A stretch of 64,000 bases of DNA from Raillietiella orientalis (taxonomy: Eukaryota): assembly GCA_036172245.1 (NCBI GenBank), contig JAYWIR010000001.1:2914001-2978000 (forward strand), given 5' to 3'. Positions 50,391 to 63,700 of this stretch are shown here, piece by piece. Within the stretch, counting starts at the first letter, position 1. Each line of letters begins with the position of its first letter. Under the pieces are notes generated by a model that was not told the DNA's origin, did not search any database, and saw nothing but the letters and a program-made list of their open reading frames with translations. Position numbers and translations under genes: made by a program.

Positions 50391-53178
50391 GCTGCCTTTC
50401 AACCATCTTGTGCTGAATCGGAATTGCTAAACCGAAATCGCGACTGTGGACCATGCGGATGCCCATCATTTGCTTCTAATATCCTGTTACGCTCACGGAA
50501 GGAAGGTCGCCATGGGAAAGTCGGCGCTGTCGAGAACATCCTTCCGTTGCACGCATGGAAACGGTGGTTTCAACCGCCGTCCAGCAAAATGAAGAACTGG
50601 ACACGGCATGCTGGTGCAGCAATCACGAAAACAAAACTGAGTTGCTTTCTTTCTCCCCGTAATGAACCGGTCACGGGAATCTGCAGAGTTTCTTCAGCAG
50701 CCGACGAGGAAAACTGGCACCATGCATATGCAAGTAGCTGGAATTGAGAACGGCTGGTTTCGAGACGGCAGGCGGGCGGCTGTAGCGCTCGAGACGTGGA
50801 GACCCCCCCCCCCCACACACACACACACATAGGGAGGATCCCAAGTCGAAGGTCGCGAACTTCGATAAGACCAAACCTTTCTATCCTAAGAAAGACGAGA
50901 GGATAAGGTTGCTCTCGTTTCTCCTTCTCCCACTTGACGCTGAGTCCTTGATGCTCCTGAAAAGCCACAAGCGCGCTTTCGGAGGTCGGGTTTCTCAGTG
51001 ACCAGCCACTCGGTGGAAGAGGGCAGCAACGGGCTGTGATGCACTCCGGAAAGCAGGCGTATTCCGGAAAGAGTTCGATGCCAAAATGAAAATGGGCGAA
51101 TAATCCCAGGCGAAATCTCCCGCCACTGGCAGATGCCCTTCGTCCAAGAAAAGGCGTCGCTTTTCGCCATCAGGCATTTCAAGACTCTACGTCTGGGCAA
51201 GAAGAAAAGTAGCAAGTTCTGCACGTAATGGCCAAGCGCAGGGAAGCACTGGAAGTTTTTAATGCAACGCGAGTGTTTGGAGGGAGAGCAAGATTAACCG
51301 TAGATGAGTATCTCGAAGCAGCCTACACGGTAATGTCTTTTTCCTTTTTTTTTTTTTTCTGCTGGAGTGAAATGTGTGTTTAAAAAATGGGCAGCCTTTG
51401 AAGTGTGCCGCTGCTGCCTGAGACACGGTTGAAATTAGTGGAGATAAATGAAACATGAAGAGTCCAGCAAAAGGTGCAGCCGTTTACTTCGGAGGTTTCG
51501 CGCCTGCATTCGCGATCCGATGCAGAAAGCTTGCCGAGCAAGAGCAAAGCAGAGAGGATGCAGAGAAAGGAAGACGAAGGTCCAAGGGGAAAACAAACGT
51601 TAAAAGGAAGACTTCCAGCAGCGCGCGCAACTTGTGACTTTGAGGTGACAAGACAGCCGCTCTTATTCGGTGGTGGAGGGAGCAGCACTTGTTTCCTTCT
51701 TGGGGCGAGTTGCTCGGATTTGTGTGAGAGGCGTTCCAAGGAGGAAGAAAACGATCTCTTTGTGTCCTTGGGTCCTTCCTTTATTTCCTCCGAACATCGG
51801 CTGTCATCCTGCGTTAAAAAAAAGGAAAAGAAGAAGGTGCGATGGAGAACTCAATCAAGATTTCAGTACACCATTCTACATCAGCACGTGTACACTTCCC
51901 ATCCCCTCTGCCACCATAACACGTATGAATTGTGATTCCTTTCGAGTCACAGAACGGAGCAGCTGCTCTGTGCTACTCGCTTTTCTTGGACTGCCGCTGC
52001 TGTCTTTCCACACAAACGGAGGGCGCTGTTGGTGTTACTGCCACACTTTCAAAAAAATCACGATCCGCGGTTTTGCAATTTCACATCAGAGTTTTATCTG
52101 GGACATTTGGTGCACAGAGCCCTCCTCTTTCTCTCTCTCTCTCTCTCTTGAACAGGTGACCACTTTATTCCGGTGTCAATTTTCCGTGTCCCATTTCCAG
52201 AGATCGACTGCACGGTAAGGGTTGACACGATCCGTTTCCGAATAACGAGAAAAGGGTTTCCTGCCTTTTTCTTTTTTTGCTTCCCGTATTTTTCGGTATT
52301 TTCCCCACATTCCTACTTCCTGCTCCCACCTGTATCCTTTCAGACATCTTTTAGCTCTCCTACTTGCTATTCTTGGCTATTCCGATTCGACTTCGACCCC
52401 ACGATTTTAAAGACACACAGGTCGCGGCGAGATGGCTTCACGGTTTCCGGTGCAGAATTCATAAGAGGAAAATTTTGCCGTCGGCCACCTCTCTCCTCCT
52501 GCTCCAAGACGAGGATCAAAGTGCAATGACGACGATTTCTTCATTCGAACACTTTCCCTGGAGGAATTTTCGCTTTTCGTCACCAGGGCTTTGCATGTCT
52601 ATGTCAAGCACGCAAGACGCTTGCAAAGGTTGTCCAGACTCTCCAAAATCACACCTTTTCTGAACTCTGTACACACAGAGCACGTCTACTCTCTTTTTTT
52701 CTATAGTGACTTCCGAGGTTGTTGGTATTCTTTCATCATGCTAATTTTATCCGAATTCCTTGTTGCTCGCTCACCGTTCTGTTCTTGAATCTTTGAAATT
52801 CCATTTCCTGATTCAAAGATCTGCAGACTTGGTTTATTTTTCGCACCAATTTCCTTCTTTCCAGCCGTTGGCTTCTTGAAGAAATCCCTAAATCATGGAA
52901 AACAACATCTTCACTTCCTCTAAGATTAGGGAGTACACGTCCACAGATTCGAGAGAACTCTCATTTCAGGTTCCATCCCTCTTTTTCAGATTGAATTTTT
53001 TTTTTTTTTCTCTTCCAGCAGCTCAGACGAGCAAGTAAATGGGCGGGAATTTCACAGTTCTGTAGACGTTGCCCAGCCCTATTGCTTCTTTCTCACCGGT
53101 AGCCTCCACAAACCCCCTTGCTCTGAAACCATCAACTCATGCATCAGTACCAGTCCGTAAGCAAGCAGCTCGTAGTCT

Positions 53179-53566
53179 GTTTCTTCTTCTTTCCTTCCTC
53201 TCGTGAAGCCAGCCACACTTTGGAGTTTGCATCTTCTACGAATTCGTTACACTCCTTGTTGGAAGCGAACGCCACCTCATGACCCCTTAAATAACATAGC
53301 AGAAAAGCAGATTGGACTTTGTGGAATTCCATTGTGGAAGAATATTGCTGCTCATCGGTGATTTGATGGAACTGTACAAGTTGTATTAAATTCTACAATG
53401 GAATCGGTCTGTTCAAGAGAGAAGAAAGTCCAATCTGCTTTTCTGCTATGTTATTTAAGGGGTCATGAGGTGGCGTTCGCTTCCAACAAGGAGTGTAACG
53501 AATTCGTAGAAGATGCAAACTCCAAAGTGTGGCTGGCTTCAAGAAAGGAAGGAAAGAAGAAGAAAC
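53179..53566. repeat. Long inverted repeat (foldback): 142-bp arms, 104-bp spacer
   Basis: Arms 53179-53320 and 53425-53566 with 2 mismatches. Confidence 0.95.
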
Positions 53567-55019
53567 GAAAGCAGTCTGATTGCATCATTCGTACAGGCGG
53601 CGAGGTGTATTTACTGAAACACGTACGGAAGTAGCCGTTGCTGGAAACGACCGACACATTTGCATCTATTCGTAAACGCCATCGTTCACGGCACCAAATG
53701 TCACTTTCCTTCTCTTTTCTTTTTTTTTAGAAATCCTTGACAGGATGGACTCAGCCTCCATAGATCGCAGTGTGGCTGGTGGCTGCTCTACCAAATACAA
53801 CACCCTGCTGAGCGCGTAGGTCTTCTACAGACGATCGGACACCTCCACGTTCTCCATAGGAGATGCTGGATACGATCCGGATTACGAAGAAGAGCGTGTC
53901 CGCGGGCCGAGTCGCTTCGCGCGCTGCCCGAAAGGGCACACCAGGCATGGGCGAAAACAAATGGCACGAACCCGGGGCAATCGCGATGCATGCGATTCTC
54001 GAACTGCTTTCTCTGCTCGTTGCAGGAAATCATGGACTGCCCACAGAAGATCACCTGGGCGCGTCAACTGGCTGACGAATGTACCCCTGCCACCCTTCTC
54101 AGAGGAATTCGTCTCTGGATGCAGCTCCTGGACATTCCTCCTGAAGAGGTAGAGATACACTCAGTGTTTGTGAACAGCTCCACTCGTCCCCTGAAGTGGA
54201 AGTAATCAGCATTGCAGTTGTTGCAATGGGCGATCCTATGCGACGCACGAGTCCACCACTGGGCAAGAGGAAGTGCAGTCCTAGACTGTGCCAGGTGCGG
54301 GGAAAGTAAAACCTTCCCTCGCCTGTGGTTGGATCGTATTGCCCTCCTCAGAGTCTGGGAACGCTTCGCTGCGGCCTCTCGCTCCCGATGGGCAACGGCA
54401 GATAGGTCTTGCGGCTCCTCTTCACCGCGCGACTCGATGTCGCTTTCATCTTTCCCTGCAGTCCAATGCTGTCTTCATGGGATTGTGATGTCGAGAAGCT
54501 ACGCCAAAAGAGGCCAGTCGAATGATGAGGTCATCACGATAGTCTGCTCCTCCATGAGGAAGGCGACGAGACTGCCAACAAAAGGAAGAAGTTGCCAACA
54601 TCCTCCAGAGGATGACGAGGACGCCAGAAAGAAATCGGTGACCTCTTCACTTCCCCCTCCCCTTCCCTGTTCCAGCATTTTAAGCTGAACTTTTGTGTTT
54701 TTTGTGTGTTTCTGTTTACCCCTTCCCCCAGTCGTCCTGTGCGGGCCTCATCGGAAGCTGCTCACGAGAAGCAGAGCTCCTGAGGCATTTCCCTTAGCAG
54801 TGGTGACGTGAAGCCACTACGAAAAAGGGCATTTTATGTTTTATATGACTTTTTTTTATTGTTAATATTTTTTACTATAAACCCCCCGGCGTGACCGGAT
54901 TGGAATAAAGGGCACACCAGATTTTCGATTGCCGGGGCTTGACGGCGGTGACGGGCCCTGCCCCTGAAGAAACGTGCTGGCACGCTCAGCTGCCCTCCCG
55001 ACGCCGGAGGTGCGACGGT

Positions 55020-55218
55020 ATCGCTGCTATCGACTTGGGCGGACTCTGCCTTGGAGGCGTTCAGGCATAATGCGACAGGAGGCAGCTTCGTTCCGCTGGC
55101 CACTCGACCAAGAACGTGTACCAAACGTCCGAACCTGCGGTTCCTCTCGTACTTAGCAGAAGGCTTCCGTGCAACTACCATTCATCAGTGGCGCGAGGGT
55201 CCAAACCCAGCTCACGTT
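55020..55218 (-). pseudogene. 28S rRNA-derived fragment (3' region including the sarcin-ricin loop) inside a retroposed unit; not a functional rRNA gene
   Basis: Minus strand reads AACGTGAGCTGGGTTTGGACC...ACTGATG...CTGCTAAGTACGAGAGGAACCGCAGGTTCGGAC...CGAAGCTGCC...ATTATGCCTGAACGCCTCCAAGGCAGA, the conserved eukaryotic LSU 3' motifs, with an internal deletion. Confidence 0.9.
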
Positions 55219-58200
55219 CTCTGTGGCACTCTTCCGGGTATCCTTTGGTTCGCATCAGCTGGTGTCATTGGGCGTTTCGCACATTTGAGCAGTATCCTCA
55301 ATCTTTCTTGAGATGTAGCGGCAGTCCAGGCTAAGATTCTGCCGCAGTCTTCGACACCAATCTTCCTCTGAATGACCCTTGCCAGGATGTCGATGGCAAA
55401 CGTTGCTTCTCTTGTATTTCTCATTTTTGCCCTTATTACGATGCTCATAATGAGCAGAGCGATGGTCGTTCTCACCATGGGATTGTATCGGGGAGTGTTG
55501 CCGTTCCCTTCGAACAATCCCAACAGGAGCATCACGAGAGCGAGTCTCTCATTCCATAATCATCCATCAAATCCTTGTACTTCTCTGCAGTCCCGTCGAC
55601 GCCTTCATCGTTGTCCAGTCTTGGCACAGCTTTGGGCAGGTGAGGTTTCCTTGATCCCATATGTCACGTGGAGCTCGCCTTGAATGTTACCTGTCCAGCA
55701 TTTAGTTCTGGATCCACTGAGGGTTCCCCTCCGTGGCAAGACATGAGGGTCCGGAGGCAGGTCACTCGTCCAGAACGTCTCCCCGGCCGCTTGCAGTTTT
55801 GGATCCCGAATCGGCTGGAGACTATGGCGTGGAACCTCGTGGTTTCCGTCTTTTTAGCGAATGAGTTCCCGTGGGTTCTTTGCTGTTTCGGACCCACGGA
55901 TTGTTCTGGCTTTCCCAGATTTCGGATGTCCTGTTCCTGAATTCGTCCTGGTGCTTTCCAGTGCACTGGAACGGTCGCAGAGGCTTGTGGCAGAGAACTG
56001 TTCGCAGTCCCGAATGCTCAGTCCGGGCAGTCACTGGTGCGGCCGTTGCCGCGCCTCCCATGAAACGGGAAGGAAGCAAAGAGTCACCAAGGCCGGTCTT
56101 TCATCCCAGATTTCTCTTCTGCGAGATATTATTTGTAGTCGGTGAATCCTCACCAGTGCCTGCTTCCGCTTCCGTTCACCTACTCTACTGGTTTGCCTAT
56201 TGGGGTTGGCCGCTCGAGTTGTTCAAGAACTTCGAGTGAACTCTGTTGAGTCGCAACGGCCGTCTGCCCCAGTTTGCGGCGAGCTTCAGTTGTCCTGGGT
56301 CCATGGTTTCTAGGGAGCATTCCAGCGACTTCATCTCGGTCCCGAAGTCTTCTCTCAGGCGGGATGAAGTTGCTAGAATACTTCTCGCTCCAAAAGATCT
56401 GTCTGAGATAAACGAACTGCAACTCATAAATAGAATGGATGTAGAAGGGAAATTTCGCGCTGCTTTCAGGAACGTGTTCGAGGAACATCGGTGTTCGAGG
56501 AAACGAGACGAATTTCTTCTGCAGAGATGAATCGAAGGTTGGAAGCAGATCACTAGGTGAACCGAATTCGAGAAAAATGGCAACCTTGTGGATGTGAAGA
56601 TTGGGAAGACTGAAACGTGAGTTTGCTCCTGGAAATTTCCTGGAAATCACTCCAAGCGAGCATCACGTGTTCTCCAGCTAATTTGAATGCGGAGGATAAC
56701 TTTGAATCCTTGCCGACGAAAGAGTTTCTAGAGCTATGGAAAGAAAGAGGAATAAGAAATCTAAATGGAGGAAAACGAGTGCTGTGAACAAATCAATGTG
56801 ATCGTGCGATTTGTATCAGGTTTCGGAGGTCGAGGCCTAAATGTGACCATTTCCGAAACTCCGAAACATTTGCTGGCAACTTACACTATTTCTTAAGTCA
56901 CGGAGGACTCGTAGATTGATTCATTAAAGAGTGATGATGTCAGCGCGACTCTTTTCCCAAAGGGGCATCGGAATTTATCTTTTGTTCGATTCCCATCTGC
57001 TTTCCACTTTTCCCATCTGCTTTCCATTATCCTTTAACTGGCCTCAGATCCGTGTTATTGGACGTTTCTGAAGTCTACTCATTTTTAAAAACACATTGGT
57101 AAAATTGTTTTCGAGACAGACACGGGAAGCATCCGATAAAATGAAACTGCGTGTTCTTTGCAACATTATATGTCTCGTGTTCTCTGCACCTGAGAAAGCA
57201 GTTGGAAAACACGTGGGTCGTCATGGAAATAAACTCGGCTGCTGCTAAAGCATAGCCTTGTCTCTTCACAGACGGATGCAGCACAGGATTCGGCGCCGGC
57301 CTGAATGCTAAATGAACTTTGGAGTCCATGACCGAAGTATAAAGAGGAAAGACGTCTCCACGAAACGTATCTTCAAACCTCACTGTTTTGTGACTATTAT
57401 GTAGCCCCGGGTCTGCCAGAGGCAGCAGCGACGGGACAATTTGTTGAAATGCGAAAAGATGTAGATGCAAGCACCAGGGTTTTTCCAGTCCCGGCTTAAT
57501 AAATAAAAAGAAATTGCAAGCCATTCCCCATTCTTGTCATTCCTTTGCAACCGGGGTAGGTCAGAGAAAGATCAGTTCCTCTTACTTCGCTCGTCCATCT
57601 CTGCAAAAGATTTTCTTATCGGCATCAAAAACGGAGTCTGAAATAGAGCTGCATCTTCGGTTATGCATTGGTGGTCCGTAATGCGTGACGAAAGATGAAA
57701 ATCTCGAGTTTCTTTCTCAAAGTCAGCGCTCATTAGTTCAGCCTAGTCATCGGCTCTCAAGAGATCTGGGAGATCAAGATCGGTAGCTTCCTTCCATGCA
57801 AAGGGAGCATTTTGGAATAATCCGCTTCCTTGAAGAGCAAAGCATTCCGAAAGCCAAGTCATCACCAGTGCACGCTGCGAGCTGCAATGTCAAATACGAT
57901 GCAGGACCGCCGTCATCTGAAGACTATTGCACAGTTTTGAAGAGAGAAAGAGAGCTGAAGAGAAACCAGGAACATTTTCCTGGAAGATTTTTTTTTTTTT
58001 CTTTGAATTCCTTTGATCATTCATTAGGAGTCAGATCGCAAAGTGGAGACCGAACTTGCTGTAGCAGATGAGTGTTTCCCGTTCCAATAACAAAGAAGAA
58101 CAGGTTACAGGAGGTCACAGTTGGAAACGTTGTCGTTCATCCGAAAGAGCTCCTGTGAAGAACTGGAGACTCAGGGAGAGACCACATGAAGCAAAGTTCC

Positions 58201-59999
58201 CAAGTTTTTTCAGAGAACAGATCTCATGGGAATAAAGGATACAGAGGATGACTATAGCAAAACTTTGCTAGAGCAACCGTAGAGAAAGCTGTCCATTATC
58301 AATGGATGAAATTTTCTTCCCATGCTGAAAATCTGGAGGGGATGGGGAAACCTTGACTTGTGGGAAAAGAAATAGATCAAATACGAGCACTTTTATGCTT
58401 GGGGTAGGAAACAGCCCAGTGAAAAAAAAAAATTATGTGAGGCAGGCAAGGCGTATCAAATCGAATCTCATTGCCATTTCGATCAATGATGCATTTTTTT
58501 TAAAAAAAACTTGCGTAAATGTCGGTGCTTCCGTCCAAGAACAGTTGCAGAGTCAAAACTTAGAATGGAAGTTATTGCATTCTCCGTAACAAGACGGTAA
58601 TTTCTCGTTTCTCATTTCGATCTCAAGCGTCTAACATGGCAAAGCGCCGAAATTTTCTCCGCAAATTTCCCGAGTGACGTCTCAAGGCAGAGACGCGTGA
58701 CGTAAGCACGCACTGCAAGAGGAATCAAGGAAAGACTCTTACGGATCCAGGAAATTGCAGGTAGATGGTTTCGTGAAAGAAAATTCGAAGCATCGGATGG
58801 TTGGATGGTTTACGACGCCCTTCAGCGGGATCACTGACGAAACGCAAGTCCAACTCGAGCTCCAGATGCTGCACCGCAATCTCGGAGCTACGGCTTAAGG
58901 GGAACATTTCAGAGTGGTTGCTTACGATCATTAATTTCTATTAAATCATGCATTCCCTAGGTATGGAATTCGGGGCTGCGTGAGATGCCGTCCACAAGAC
59001 CCCGGAGCTCGGAGAAAGGAATCTCGTGGACGGCAAGTTTTTCGAGGTTGGTTCCCATTCCTTTTTTTCCATGCACGGGATCATGCTATCACTCTTTTAA
59101 AGTGATGGGAGTCGTTCCGAATGACTTACGCGATGGAGTGATGTAGTTCTTCTACTATAAGAGGTCAGAAGTTCCCTTCCAAGACACGGGTTGGTAGCAC
59201 TGCTCAGTAGCCATTGCAAGCACGAAAATACCTCGAAGAGAAGTGGGGACGTGTAGCTCTGTTTATTAACATGTAAAGTGTACACACTAAGCTCACGTAC
59301 CTACAAATAACTATTATTATTATGTAAGCACATGGATGATAGGGCTAAAAAAAAAAAAATTGAAAGGATGAAGACACGCGTAGAATTAACATACAGAGAT
59401 GGAAGACGTTTCTTCTCAAGCTGGCTCTTTTTTTTTTCCTTCTAAGTTTCTAGGAGACCTCATCTCGCGTAGAAAGATGGTCCGAGAGTACGCCACATAC
59501 CCAAAGGAACAGCAACAGATTCCTTGGATGCAACAGACGGGTGGATCCCCCCTTCGGGTTCAAGGTGGATGCAAGCCGCTGGTGAGTCATTTGTTTCCTC
59601 AAGAACACGGAAGCTTGGAACGGGAAGACACCGCGTGGGATGGAAGCGGCGGACTTCCCTGCGACCTCGTTGTGAGGAGGGGTGGAGGGGAGAGATCTAG
59701 GGTGTGGCGCACGGAGGCATTCCGCGCTTACACCGATTAGCGTGAAAGAATACGGGAAGCACCACGAGCAAGCAGGTGGCCACATCGCGGCTGATGGAAC
59801 CCGCATCGCACCAGCACTGCAACAATTCTACGAAAACCTCGTGGAATTTCAGTGGCGAAGAAAAACAGCGGACAAGGAGCAGAACTTCCCTCTCCATATT
59901 CCCGCTGCTGTGACGTGACAGACGAATCAACACGTAACCGTTTCTAGCAGCGGGTCCCCAGTCAGCTGGCTCGAAATGCTGGTCGAAAGCATCCTCCAG

Positions 60000-60730
60000 C
60001 TGTTGCTCACAGCATACTGGAGGTCGGCAATGAAGAGATGCTCAGGCATAGCGGGTTCGCATCCCGCCCACGGAAGGGCCGATGCCAAGAAGTGGGTGCA
60101 TCGTGAGTTTCGAGTGCCTTCCTGCAGGATGACGCTGGTTGACCAGAAGGCTTCGGGTGCGGCACAGGTTGAGGCCGGAAACTGGACGTCCTCTGACTGT
60201 CTGGGATTAGAAGTTGACCCTCCGGCGTTCTTCCAGGGATCAAGGAGCCCTTCCGGGTTCCCCTCCGGTCTCTATCCTGTACCATAGAGCTGGTTGATAC
60301 CCCCTTCGGGTGTTGCCTCTCCAGAGTATCAAGAAGCACGCTGCTCCCTTCGGGGAGCGCCCTTCAGGGAAATTCGGGAGCGTTCCTTAGGGGTTCTCTT
60401 CAGAAGAGGAGTAACGAGGAACGTTTCCCTTGCGTGCGCCCTCCGGGGAAGGAATTCTAGGAGAGGATCCTTTCCGGGTTCCCATCGAAGAAGAAATGAG
60501 GAGCGGTTCCCCCTCCAAGGGGTTCCTCTACCAAGGGTAAGAGGAACGGACTCCTCCTTCCAGAGCGTTCCTGGATCCATAGGGTAGCCTTTCTCCGGGG
60601 TTACCCCCATAACTCGAAGAGTCACACACACCCTCGGGTGGCATGGGCAGGGTTAAAGAGCTTCATGAGCCCCCCCTAAGGAGGCGAACAGTTCTTCAGC
60701 ACTCCTTGATAACCAAAAAAAAAAAAAATC
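60000..60730 (+). mobile_element. SINE-like family copy H with poly(A) tail
   Basis: T-arm GCGGGTTCGCATCCCGC at 60051-60067, core, 3' stem-loop at about 60650-60702, A-run at about 60715-60728. The 5' boundary is approximate. Confidence 0.75.
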
Positions 60731-63700
60731 TCACCATTCGTCAGATTCTGGAAGCTGGCATAAAAATACTGAAGGAAGCCTCCAGGCACTCCAGATGCTT
60801 GACGTGAGCAGCAACTGGCGGCAAGACGTCCTAGATCGTCTACATGGACAGTCTCGGTATCAGCTCACCTCCTTCTCTGAGGAGCACTGCTCTGATCAAA
60901 GTCTGGTGGCCTCTCGATGATATAAGGATTCTACCGTTGCTGATGTCTATGCTTCTAGTGCTTCAAGGGACCAGGGTAGTCAGATGCATGCCTTCCGGCT
61001 TCAGAGGAAGAATCTTGACCTTGGGGATTGTACCCTGCGCTCCAGAATCTCACTAGGAGCGACACGCTCATGGGACCACCACCAGCAGCATCTCCCACTC
61101 GCTAAAAGCATCTGGTCCGAGTCTGGCCGGTGATGCGTGCAGCCACGGCAACACGCACACTCAGGAACTCTTTCCGCGTACAGGCCGGCTGTGCCATCTT
61201 TACTGGGGAACCCGACTGCTACTTTTGGCCTCCAGTGGCAGTAGTCTTTCCCGATCCCGTGAAGGGGATGAATCCTTCAAGTGCACGGGATCTGGTCGAC
61301 TCTAGGTCGCGTCGCGGAGCGTTTCCATCCCCAGACTCGATTTGCATCCCGAAGTCCCGGCGCAGCAGCTCTCGTCTAACCTTCTCCGAGGACATCTCAT
61401 TTGCGGATTTGCAGGCGACGCCTCCTCGCTCTCATCTGAGCCTCTGCGAAGGTCACTGATGGAAGCTCCCTGGAACGCGGACTTGGGAACTCGGACTCGG
61501 AAGTCGCTGGGAAGGTGGTCAATACAAGATTTGTTCGAGTCCCTTGAGCTGCTGAACAGTTGCAGAGGCGTTTCCCTCTCCTATTCGCCTTTCCGTCTCC
61601 AAAGAATCCTCAACTCTGCTGCAGCAGTAGGTCGGAACGGTAAGACTCAAGAAGAGCGATTGCGTCCCCCTTTAAGCGGCAGGCATTCCACGACCCCTTC
61701 AGGCACTGCTTCGTACGAAAGCTCTCTTCCAGCTCCCTTTAGGATTCCCGTGTTAAGGGAGGAATCCTTCCTCCAGCTCGCTCCATATCCTTCGATCTGT
61801 CCCTCCCTGGAAAGTTTAAAGGTGGTTGGCAAGTGGCCAAGAATGGCGGCATTGTCGGGTAAGAGAATTTCTACAGCATCTTCAAGGTCAAATTCCTTCA
61901 TCTACGTCGCCTTCCCACCACACTGCCAGCCTTGGACTTCCTACTGCATGCGACAGGGAAAGTTCTCCCCACCCTATTTTAACGGCAGTGGGCGGTGACT
62001 TTCACAGTGGCTCCACATCGGGTCCCATTCCCCGAGCGCTCACAGAAAATGGCGCTCCTGCAGCACCCGATCCAGAGAGTAATTTTCTCTCAGTCATTCT
62101 CAGCCATGCATTTAAATCGAGATGCGCGGGGAGGGAAAAAGAAGGAAATTCCTGTCCTCTCTGTCTCTCTCGAACTGTGTGAGTTCCGCATCTTCCCTCG
62201 TATCTGTTCTGCCGCTATCCACATGTCCTCTATGCTCGGAACTGGATACGAAGGGGAGCTCAGCGGGGGATTGAGTACCTTTTGCATCCCCACTGACCAA
62301 ACATCTTAACAGTGCTTTTCAAGGAAGTCTCGTCTTCTTGCTGCCGTCCTTAAGTCGGGCAGGTTGAAGCGTCTGAAGAGACTGCCGAGAACAGGCAGGA
62401 TGACCTCACCCTCTGGGATGAAGGAATGTGTTTCCCCAGCTACCTCCTTGGATGCAGGCCGGGCACATTCTGCTATGAACAGTTTTCTCGCAAAGTTTCA
62501 AGTTTGCAAGGACACATATGCCTAAATACTCTTCTGTTCATCTCGAGCTCTCGTCGTTCCTCATCATGTTGCTTCCTCCGCTTCCTGTCCTTCGTATGGT
62601 AAGAGCTGACCGCTGGGGTTCTCTGGCTGGTTGTCGCCTTTCCGTGTGACGTGGACTGTATGAATATCGCTGGAGTACCGGATGCGCGAAGCTACCATCC
62701 GGTCTCCTCATTGTCAGCCAATTGCTTCCTCTGAATTCTTAGCTCTTGCAGTACTTCATTTCCTGGATCCCAGACTCCCAGAGAGCCAACGATGGGTGCA
62801 TGTACCTTGCATTGCTTTCCCTCTCTGCCCAGCTGTAGGGCTACCTCCTTGCATCTTTCCTCTTTGTTTCTTCTGGCTGTGCTGAACACCTCTCTTCCAG
62901 TTTCGTAAGACTGGTCGTCGTATTCTACTGGGGTTCCTCACAGATTGTCCTTTGGCAAGCAGCCAAGAGGTGCCTTCTCTAGGGTTTTTTATCCTCCATT
63001 TGTCCTTTGCAATACGCGTCAATGGAAGGTACGAACATGCGATATCGGAGGATAGCTGCTCCTTCCTTCCTACAGCTAGCTCTGAATGCTCGCCATCTCC
63101 TTCCCGACTTCTTCTTGCAGGTGAGGGCACCATCTCGTAGCCGTCCTCATCAAGGCAGCTGCCATTCGGGTGGCCCCTCTTTGCTGTGAACGAGACCCCA
63201 TCACGGAGCGAGCTGCGATGAATATCACGGATGCAGCATCTCGTTGTGACCACGACGACGACTGCAGTCAGCCTGCCTCGCGTGAAAAATCCCAGCAGCA
63301 AGTCCTTGGCGGCATCCTCTGGGTGGCGGACCGCCAAAGGGAGTCTCTGCCACACGTCCTCAAGGACACCGCAGTCCAACCTGGAACAGTTCGGGGAGGC
63401 ATTTCCCCCTGGAAACCGGGTGCCGGCGCTGGTTGCACTGGAGTCCTCAGTGCAGAAACAGCAGATATGGAAGATGCGAAATGGAAGGAGGAACGGGATT
63501 TTTCACCGTCTCCGCAATGTGGTCATCCATGTGACCCTCAAGAAGAGACTATGCTTCTTGGAGGCTTGTGGGTCGGGCATTGTGAACAGTGACCCGAACG
63601 ATACCTCCAGGACAAATCCTAATAGTGTTGGACGTGTAGAGGAGGATTGCCTCAGGAAATGGATGATGAGGCAATCCTCTTGGCGCCAAGGGAGCTTCAA

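Noticed and set aside
55020-55218. Functional rDNA unit or R1/R2 insertion site
   Set aside because: Only about 200 nt with a deletion, no flanking rRNA, and no TTAAGGTAGC target motif.
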